IMG/VR virus record: IMGVR_UViG_3300043177_000122
Location: 192,001 to 256,000 of that record
Length of the DNA stretch: 64,000 nt
Origin: a virus
Taxonomy: Duplodnaviria > Caudoviricetes
Reading direction: 5' to 3' (one strand)
The notes under the pieces were generated by a model. The model made no database searches. It saw only the letters and a program-made list of their open reading frames with translations, and was not told the DNA's origin. Numbering within the stretch: the first letter of the stretch is position 1; every line of letters begins with the position of its first letter. Of this stretch, positions 57,091 to 64,000 are shown one piece after another. A program made the translations under genes and the position numbers.

Positions 57091-57860
57091 GTTATCTTAC
57101 AGATTCAATACGTAGAGGAACTTTTGCTAATAGGCCATCTAATGCGCCGGATGGCACAGTTTACGTATGTACAGACGGCCCTCTCCAATTTGTTAGAAAA
57201 AATGGTACATGGAATCCTTATTTGGGGTCGACCCCACTTAAAACTCCACCAGCAGCAAATACTTGGTCTTTGATTAATGCAACTTCCGGATCTGATTTTT
57301 CAGACTATAGAGGCGGATTATTGTTTAATGGATCATACGCTGCCGGAGTTATGCATGTAGCTAAGGTAACAGCACCAGCAACTCCATATTCAATAACTGC
57401 CCATTATATACCTCTTTGGACCGGTGTAGATAATGCGGCGACCTTTAATTTCGCAACTACTGGTATTTGTTGGAGACAAACATCAAATGGTAACTTACAT
57501 GTTTTTGGGCCAACATATGCTACTACTGTTTCTGGTATTTACACTCATTGTTATCGTTTGCTTTCAGCTAGTGGAGCCGGATCTACAGATATTACTTATA
57601 CAAACAGTACAGACTCATTAAATTTTTCAGCAATTTTACACAATCTTTCATCGCATGGCATTTGGATAAGAGGCACAGATGATGGCACTAATAGATCAAT
57701 TTGGTATTCAAGTGATGGTAATAATTTCCAGAGAATTCACTCTGTCACCCGCACTACCTCAATAACACCAAACGAAGTTGGAATTTATACTGGAAATTTT
57801 GCAACATCTGGACAGACAGTAAATTCATCAGCTTTTTTCACTAGCATAGAGATAGCCTAA
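57087..57860 (+). CDS. Fibre-associated beta-sandwich (lectin-like) protein
   Basis: RRGTFANRP N-terminus; Trp/Tyr-rich beta pattern. Confidence 0.5.
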   Translation: MSYLTDSIRRGTFANRPSNAPDGTVYVCTDGPLQFVRKNGTWNPYLGSTPLKTPPAANTWSLINATSGSDFSDYRGGLLFNGSYAAGVMHVAKVTAPATPYSITAHYIPLWTGVDNAATFNFATTGICWRQTSNGNLHVFGPTYATTVSGIYTHCYRLLSASGAGSTDITYTNSTDSLNFSAILHNLSSHGIWIRGTDDGTNRSIWYSSDGNNFQRIHSVTRTTSITPNEVGIYTGNFATSGQTVNSSAFFTSIEIA

Positions 57861-59137
57861 TGTCGTTTGTTGGTCAACTAGGTTTACCAGAGAGTCGACC
57901 AGGTAATATTGAATTAGGTGTCGTATCCTCTGTATCACAGATTAGTGCAACTATTAATTGCGTATCTGCGGTTACAGCGTCTTTATTAGGGGCTGGTACC
58001 ATGGCCGCTCAATCAGATGGTATAGCAGCTATTATTGCGCCTATTATCGGATATATTCCTGCTAGTTCTATAATTGATGGAGCATCAACTGTTTCTGGTG
58101 CTATTTTAGGTACAGCTCCAATTTCTAGTTCAATAAATGGTGAGTCAACCTTTTCTTCTAATATTGTTGCTAGTGGTTTATTATCTTCTACAATAGATGG
58201 CTTATCTACTTATACAGCCGCCATTGCTGGTCTTGTTTTAATATCAAGCTCTATTGATAGTACATCTACTTTTAATGGAACATTGGTAGCTAGTGGGTCA
58301 CTAACTAGTACTATTATTGGAATTGCTAATTTGACGGCTTCCATTTTAGCGGCCGGCGATTTATCATCTTCACAAATTGATGGCGTATCGAACATAAATG
58401 CCAATGTAAATGGTATTGGCGAAATTTTTTCTACCACCAATAGTATTTCAACTGTTTCTGGCTCAATAGTTGCAACTGGCAATTTGCAGTCTACATCAAG
58501 TGGTATATCGACCATAACTGCTGCTATTTTAGCGGCAGGCGATTTATCATCAGCACAAATTAATGGCGTAGCAAATATAATTGCCCCTATAAATGGAATT
58601 GCATCAGCATCATCATCTATTTCTGGAGATTCGGCATTAATATCTAGTGTGGTGGGGTTGGCACCAATAATTTCAAATATCAATGGTACGTCTACAATCA
58701 ATGCATTGCTGGCAGGATTTGCACCAATATCTGCTCAAATTGATGGTACATCTAACTTTACTGCTGGATATCTGTATGGCGCTGCACTAGTTACAGGAAC
58801 ATCTACAGTATTTGCTAGATTAGTTAATTTCTTACAGGACAAAACAATACTTGATCCTATTGATTTAACAAAAAGTAATGAACATCAAAATCCATTTTGT
58901 CCACCAGTAACAGTTACTTTATGTCCGACTCAGCCATTTCCATTAGTAAAAGAAATACCACTACCATCTCTTCCACAAGAACCAGAAGAGCCTACCATAC
59001 TCATTCCGTCACCTCTGGTTGATTCGAATGTTCCAGCGACAGCAGCAACAATACAAGCTTTTCCTTTGGTCAAAGTAAAGCCGCTGCCGCCATCCCCCAG
59101 CACCAGAAGATGTTCCTATAGTAAGTTCCGGCATTAA
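57860..59137 (+). CDS. Repetitive Ser/Ile/Gly-rich structural protein
   Basis: About 14 imperfect ~20-aa repeats (G.I.SxIDGxSTxxA.I); Pro-rich tail. Confidence 0.6.
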   Translation: MSFVGQLGLPESRPGNIELGVVSSVSQISATINCVSAVTASLLGAGTMAAQSDGIAAIIAPIIGYIPASSIIDGASTVSGAILGTAPISSSINGESTFSSNIVASGLLSSTIDGLSTYTAAIAGLVLISSSIDSTSTFNGTLVASGSLTSTIIGIANLTASILAAGDLSSSQIDGVSNINANVNGIGEIFSTTNSISTVSGSIVATGNLQSTSSGISTITAAILAAGDLSSAQINGVANIIAPINGIASASSSISGDSALISSVVGLAPIISNINGTSTINALLAGFAPISAQIDGTSNFTAGYLYGAALVTGTSTVFARLVNFLQDKTILDPIDLTKSNEHQNPFCPPVTVTLCPTQPFPLVKEIPLPSLPQEPEEPTILIPSPLVDSNVPATAATIQAFPLVKVKPLPPSPSTRRCSYSKFRH

Positions 59138-59173
59138 ACTTCTGCATTAAATTGTATAGGATTAAGGAATACT

Positions 59174-59542
59174 ATGTCAACTCTACTCTATTATTTCCCA
59201 GGACAAAAAGCTACTATTTTCCTTGAGACCAAGGATGGTTATGGTCAGCGTGGAGATAACAATACATCATTTGATGGATATTTAACTCCTGTTATTACAA
59301 GAGTAATATTCCCCGACTTATCTTTGGCAGCCGGTTTCCCACAACCTATGATTAAATTAGATACTGGTCTTTATTTCTTCCAATTTACTGTTCCAGTAGG
59401 CGGTAAATCAGTTGGTAGTTTCTTGATAGATGTAACATATAATAATCCTGGTAATCCTCTTGATTTGACACAAACATATCAATTGGTGGTAACTGCTCCA
59501 TTTGGTAATTATGGAGTTACAACCTTTGGGAGCGCAACGTGA
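59174..59542 (+). CDS. Ig-like/BppU-like small structural protein
   Basis: AGGA SD; LDTGLYFFQFTVP resembles VSTGKYSFIFTVP of next gene. Confidence 0.5.
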   Translation: MSTLLYYFPGQKATIFLETKDGYGQRGDNNTSFDGYLTPVITRVIFPDLSLAAGFPQPMIKLDTGLYFFQFTVPVGGKSVGSFLIDVTYNNPGNPLDLTQTYQLVVTAPFGNYGVTTFGSAT

Positions 59543-60438
59543 CCATTAAGGCCCGTGGTGAGTTAATTGACGTTACCGATCAAGTTAATCTAACCGTACA
59601 ATTTAAAGATCAGTTTGGGAACCCCATCGACACAGATTCGTTTCCAACAATTTCTATTGTTCAGCCAAGCGGTTTGGTGGCACTAGCTCCAACCTCTGCT
59701 GGAGTTACGCGCGTCTCAACTGGCAAATATTCTTTTATCTTTACGGTCCCCATCAATGGTCCATATGGAGTTTTTAATGATATTTGGGTTGGGTTCATCA
59801 ATGGATTTCGTATTGAAACTACCTTTAGTTTTGTCGTAGATCATACACAACTTCCAAGTATCAACTCTGATGGTTATGTTCATTTAGGAGATGATCCTGG
59901 GTTTAGCTATTCTCAATGTGCCACGATCAACATTAACAAGCTTATCAAATCTTTAAAAGCAAGACTTAACAGTGCTGGCAAAGCTAAAGCAGCCGATGCT
60001 TATGGAAACACGATCTATGTCGATTGCGATATTTTCTCTATTGCTATGCTCACAACTTTTCTCGCTACTGCTCTATGGGATTTCAACCAAGTACCTTACT
60101 TCACATTCTTTAAATTCGACGATGATGATTTCGTTGATCAGTTTGGTGAAATTCTAGTAGAAGGTGCAACCTTATATGCTTTATCATCAAAAGCACTAAT
60201 CGAGCGAGGCCGCGAATTTCAAATTACAGATAATGGGTTGAGTTTTAACCCTCCAACTGTGTCAGAGCTATTACAAACTCAATATAGTACTTTACTTTCT
60301 CATTATTGGGAAAAGTTAAAGTATATTAAGAATAGCTTACGTCCATCTCCAAGAGGATTAGGCGTATTCAGTATGAATAGTGGCCTTAATCCGGCTTTTG
60401 CTAGAATGCGACATTTAAGAGCGAGGCGCATCATTTAA
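59539..60438 (+). CDS. Putative neck/head-tail adaptor with N-terminal Ig-like domain
   Basis: Beta N-domain then helical domain ending ITDNGLSF...KLKYIKNSLRPSPRGLG. Confidence 0.5.
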   Translation: MTIKARGELIDVTDQVNLTVQFKDQFGNPIDTDSFPTISIVQPSGLVALAPTSAGVTRVSTGKYSFIFTVPINGPYGVFNDIWVGFINGFRIETTFSFVVDHTQLPSINSDGYVHLGDDPGFSYSQCATININKLIKSLKARLNSAGKAKAADAYGNTIYVDCDIFSIAMLTTFLATALWDFNQVPYFTFFKFDDDDFVDQFGEILVEGATLYALSSKALIERGREFQITDNGLSFNPPTVSELLQTQYSTLLSHYWEKLKYIKNSLRPSPRGLGVFSMNSGLNPAFARMRHLRARRII

Positions 60439-60491
60439 GGGCACGAAGAATAATCTACAGCTCGTGTTATATGTTCTTTAGGAGAACAAAT

Positions 60492-60731
60492 ATGAGTCGC
60501 CCTGAATATTTAGACAAAATTTTAACCAAAGAAATTTTAAAGCAATCATACGATAAATTAGGTAGTCTTAATGCGGTCGCCCGCCAATTCGGCGTTGATC
60601 CTGGCTCTATTAAAAAATACATGACACGCTATGGTCTTGATTTCAAGAAACAGATCATTTACAATTGTGATCATAAATTATTTTCAAGAGATGATGAGGT
60701 TACCTTATTAATTGAGACTAAAAATGGATGA
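60492..60731 (+). pseudogene. Truncated LAGLIDADG endonuclease N-terminus
   Basis: HTH then YNCDHKLFSRDDE, matching YYYDQKFFEKDTE of 60913..61758, breaking off just before the first LAGLIDADG helix. Confidence 0.65.
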
Positions 60732-60913
60732 TACTTAGCAACAATATCATATGTTGCTTCAATAGATTTAGTTAATTCAGAGATCGGCCACTCATTTTTG
60801 AAGTGTAAAAGAGTAATATGCATCTCAGATGTGCTAATTTTATCGCCAGGAACGTCAATTTGATTTAGTAAACGTCCCGTTTCATGGGGGATGCGAATTC
60901 CAAGGAAGGCCAT
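60671..60913 (-). pseudogene. Truncated 2H phosphoesterase (2'-5' RNA ligase-like)
   Basis: MAFLGIRIP...MHITLLHF first HxT only; second HxT absent. Confidence 0.6.
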
Positions 60914-61758
60914 TATATCGCTCCTGTTAAATGAAGTTTCTTCATATATTTAGCAATTGTGCTTTTGGCACATCCAAATTCTTTTGCCATTAACTGATAC
61001 GATTTTAATCTACTATAAGATTCAATCAATTGTTCTTTGGTTAAATTAAGAATGATAGTATTTTCATTAAATTGATTTGATAACTTCGCTAATTCATATT
61101 TTCTGTCTAGAAAAATTGTGGAGTTACTATACAGATAATCCGATATTCTATGAACATCATATTGATTTTGGAATTCAAATTTGAAAATGTTTTTCTGGCT
61201 ATATATAGAAGGTAAACTTTCTATTTGGCACTGTTTTTGTAAAAATTTTTGTATGTTTTGTAGTACTGATTGATTTCCACAAAGCCCCCAACATAGTCTT
61301 TGTTTTTGGCGTCTATTCTTAATTGAAAACCATCCATCACCATCAAAATATCCACGAATGAAGTGTTTAAAGTTTATATTACTGATTATTTCTTCTGGTA
61401 TACTATAGGTAGCAGTTTTATTGGGCACGATTCCAAATCTTTGAAGAGAATTTATCCAATATTTTGCTCTAAATCTAATTATAGCACTTCCAGATGTTTT
61501 AGTTGTAATACCATTTATTGTTTTCTCTTTTGGTGGTAGTAAAACTATATTAGCATTAGATAATATAGCTGTTTTAAACTTCTCTATATGATGTAAGTCG
61601 CTAGATTTTAGAGATAGAGTAAAATCGCCTTTCTGGCTAATATTGCCATCTGCCGCAATAAAACCTGCCCAATAGAAACTTTCTTCAGTATCTTTTTCAA
61701 AAAACTTTTGATCGTAATAATATTTCTGTTTCATGATTTCACTATAAGCATACAACAC
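60913..61758 (-). mobile_element. LAGLIDADG homing endonuclease, double motif, C-terminal HTH
   Basis: FYWAGFIAADG and FIRGYFDGDG; FLDRKY. Confidence 0.85.
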
Positions 61759-61786
61759 TGCTATATCGATTTATTGGTATGTCTGT

Positions 61787-62305
61787 ATGTCTTCCGATGA
61801 AAAAATACCTTTGAAAGTTGTTAAGAAAATGCCATACCGTACACTTATGCGCATGATTAATAAGGCGAAAAAGTATCTCAAAAATAATGAAGTTATGCAA
61901 GGCGTATTCAAAGAATATAATGTAGACATTAATGAGATCGACCTTATTCCTACTTACTTTAAAGACTTGGATGTTTCTGCAAAAACAGATCATGGTATTG
62001 TGTATTTGAATTACAAACTTCTTTGTGATGGAGACTTTTTTAAGGACTATTCTTACCTAATACATGAGTATTCTCATTGGCTACAGCAAACAACTGGCAC
62101 CAAAGCTACCAAAAGCTCTGATGATGGCAGTTATTTAGATAACCCATATGAACAAGAAGGCTTTCAGAATCAAGTTGAATACATTGCAGACCAATTTGGC
62201 GATGAAGAGGCAGAACAATACGTTGATGACTTACTAGAACATCACGAAGTTGAAGATAAAAAGGAAATCAAGGATAAAAAAGAGACCTTGATGGCAAAAG
62301 TTTAA
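61787..62305 (+). CDS. Putative zinc metallopeptidase
   Basis: LIHEYSHWLQ (HExxH) and downstream NPYEQEG. Confidence 0.65.
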   Translation: MSSDEKIPLKVVKKMPYRTLMRMINKAKKYLKNNEVMQGVFKEYNVDINEIDLIPTYFKDLDVSAKTDHGIVYLNYKLLCDGDFFKDYSYLIHEYSHWLQQTTGTKATKSSDDGSYLDNPYEQEGFQNQVEYIADQFGDEEAEQYVDDLLEHHEVEDKKEIKDKKETLMAKV

Positions 62306-62359
62306 TCATTCCGTTATTGCTTGTCTAGCCCGCAGCTAATAAAATTGAATTAGAGTATC

Positions 62360-63937
62360 ATGGTTCATTACTCTAATCCTATCATGTCTGGTTTGGATGC
62401 CGTTACCTCTTTGGGTGACGGTTATACCATTAATATGGCTTGGTTCCCAGCTCAGCCAGATTCTCCAGCTAACAGGATTGCTTATCATCTTTATTTTTCC
62501 ACAGATAGGCGAACTGTCTTTTCTGAAGGAGTTAAATTTGTTATTATTGATGGTTCAACCTCGGCGAACATTATTGATTTAACTCCGGGGCAGGATTATT
62601 GGTTCTCTATGAGACCAGTTGAATATAATCCTTTATCTATGGGATTCTTGCAAAATCTTCCTATTGCGCATGATAATGTTAGATTTTATCCAAGCAGCAT
62701 GTTACGTAGTAACATTAGCGCTACTGATTTAGTTATTCCTTTAATTGATGTTGACGGCTTCCCTAATAGTGGAATTATTAAAATCGGAGTAGAACTAATT
62801 CAATATTTAGCAGTTGATCCTGTTAACAGAAATTTGATTGCAGCATCTACTGGAAGGGGGTACAATTTAACACCAGTAACCTTGCACACTGTTTCTGGTT
62901 TTGATGGATATGCAACATGGAACCCAATCGTAAGTATGTTTGCTATTGAAGAAGATAGTGGTTGGGATGCTATTTTTGCATGTCAATCTCGTTTTGAATA
63001 TCCTAATTTTCCATTTACTATCATTGATGGATATCATCAAGTAGCCAAAGATCTTTTATCAACTGATTTAAGTGCCGCAGATGCAGCTAATGTTCAATTC
63101 CCAGCTTACGATTATGCAGGGTATCATAGAACGGACCCCGTTCAGCTTCTAAATGGAACTTGTGTTGGAAGTTACATTGGAGGAGAAATGGGCTGTATTG
63201 ATGCATACGGTAATTTTAACATCTTCCGTGGCATGTCACTACAAGATCAAAATACACAACGTCAAGATATTTTATTATCAGTAACTGGACGTCCAGCGGT
63301 TGTGATTAAAAGAGTTCATACTGGAATTACTTGTACTTGTTACTTAGCATCTAGCGAATATCCAGATGATAGATGCCCATTCTGTTATGGTACCAAATTT
63401 GTTTTTGGTTATGAGCAATATTTCAATCCACGCAGATCAGATGGAAGAATTTTGGTTCGTCCAGGTCCAACCGCTGAAAATCTAAAAATGCATGAAGCTG
63501 GTTTAGAATCAGAATTCCCTCTTGATCTATGGACGCTTACTGTTCCGACTATCAAGACTAGAGACATTATTATCCTATTTGATCAAGATGATAATGAAGA
63601 GTTTAGATATGAAGTTTCAGATGTTACCCGCAATAATACAATCAATGGTTTAAATGGAGGTCAACACTTGAAGACTTTCAGAATCCGTAAGTTCGATCCG
63701 GCTTACCAGATTAGAATCTTTAGAAATACGTCAGAATTTCCTTCAAAACTCAATACCAGCCTTGGATTTACACCAGGAATTCCTCCTCACAGCCATGAAA
63801 TCGTTATAAATGAAAAAGTTTTGTCTGTTTCTCAGATAAACCAGACTACAGGAATATCTCAAGGACATAATCACCCAATTGTAAATGGTCAAATAATAGA
63901 AGTTTTAGGCCACACCCACACAATCATCTTGCCATAA
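62360..63937 (+). CDS. Putative neck/head-closure-like protein with FN3-like N-terminus and zinc finger
   Basis: DGYTINMAW...YHLYFS; CTCY...CPFCYGT; DEEFRYEV..VTRN; His-rich end. Confidence 0.5.
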   Translation: MVHYSNPIMSGLDAVTSLGDGYTINMAWFPAQPDSPANRIAYHLYFSTDRRTVFSEGVKFVIIDGSTSANIIDLTPGQDYWFSMRPVEYNPLSMGFLQNLPIAHDNVRFYPSSMLRSNISATDLVIPLIDVDGFPNSGIIKIGVELIQYLAVDPVNRNLIAASTGRGYNLTPVTLHTVSGFDGYATWNPIVSMFAIEEDSGWDAIFACQSRFEYPNFPFTIIDGYHQVAKDLLSTDLSAADAANVQFPAYDYAGYHRTDPVQLLNGTCVGSYIGGEMGCIDAYGNFNIFRGMSLQDQNTQRQDILLSVTGRPAVVIKRVHTGITCTCYLASSEYPDDRCPFCYGTKFVFGYEQYFNPRRSDGRILVRPGPTAENLKMHEAGLESEFPLDLWTLTVPTIKTRDIIILFDQDDNEEFRYEVSDVTRNNTINGLNGGQHLKTFRIRKFDPAYQIRIFRNTSEFPSKLNTSLGFTPGIPPHSHEIVINEKVLSVSQINQTTGISQGHNHPIVNGQIIEVLGHTHTIILP

Positions 63938-63939
63938 TG

Positions 63940-63954
63940 CAATAAGTCGGCATA
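63940..63954 (+). promoter_or_regulatory. Putative phage late promoter
   Basis: CAATA-AGTCG-GCATA upstream of a gene starting near 63978. Confidence 0.45.
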
Positions 63955-64000
63955 ATATAGAAATTTAAGGGAAATGCATGAGTCCAATAAACCCTAACTT

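Noticed and set aside
41563-59137. Diversity-generating retroelement acting on fibre genes
   Set aside because: No reverse transcriptase and no near-identical TR/VR pair differing at adenines seen in this window
39490-60698. Inversion between the two head-on scars
   Set aside because: An inversion would leave 5' halves at one junction and 3' halves at the other; both junctions have only 5' halves of unrelated genes
957-62582. Many short antisense or out-of-frame ORFs in the track (for example 1161..1448, 9220..9516, 17508..17855, 24832..25344, 38713..39090, 58210..58701)
   Set aside because: Fully overlap well-supported genes, lack SD sites, and mirror low-complexity or biased codon usage
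3649-63937. No tail sheath, tube or tape measure recognised, suggesting a podovirus-like virion
   Set aside because: The window is only part of the genome and structural genes continue past the right edge, so absence is uninformative
1-64000. Stop-codon reassignment as in some large phages
   Set aside because: Standard code gives dense, coupled ORFs; TAA and TGA end many genes, and no genes appear fragmented by in-frame TAG or TGA
1-64000. Eukaryotic giant virus origin (DnaJ, PTP, patatin, polyproline)
   Set aside because: SD sites, sigma70 promoter, intrinsic terminators, DnaG, TerL/portal/HK97-type capsid and a lipoprotein signal indicate a bacteriophage

Overview
This is a segment of a large (jumbo-type) tailed bacteriophage genome: AT-rich (about 35% GC, by eye), standard genetic code, Shine-Dalgarno sites, mostly + strand. 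From left to right it holds (1) the end of a replication/transcription module (probable SSB tail, RuvC-like resolvase, DnaJ, Zn-ribbon protein, primase core, sigma-region-4 protein; 1-3.5 kb); (2) a very large head-morphogenesis block (3.6-39.2 kb) with terminase large subunit, portal, a 1222-aa protease-scaffold, two cement-like proteins, the major capsid protein and about 25 orphan proteins; (3) a CCA-adding enzyme with a host sigma70-type promoter; (4) fibre/decoration and neck-like genes (41-64 kb) interleaved with accessory genes (lipoprotein, glycoside-hydrolase remnant, patatin, cold-shock protein, metallopeptidase). Nine homing-endonuclease-type genes or remnants are scattered through it, four of them broken. 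The best candidate for an undescribed system is inferred, not proven: a prohead protease that appears to cut after K-x-A in most head-block proteins. Many of these share a short helical module, several would have a hydrophobic or amphipathic segment exposed exactly at the cut, and the block also encodes enzymes (GH73 muramidase, Cys-phosphatase, a nucleotidyltransferase with an altered templating motif). Together this suggests a protease-activated, virion-packaged injection payload. No tRNA, rRNA, CRISPR array, intron or intein was recognised. All family calls come from motif recognition by eye; no database searches were run.
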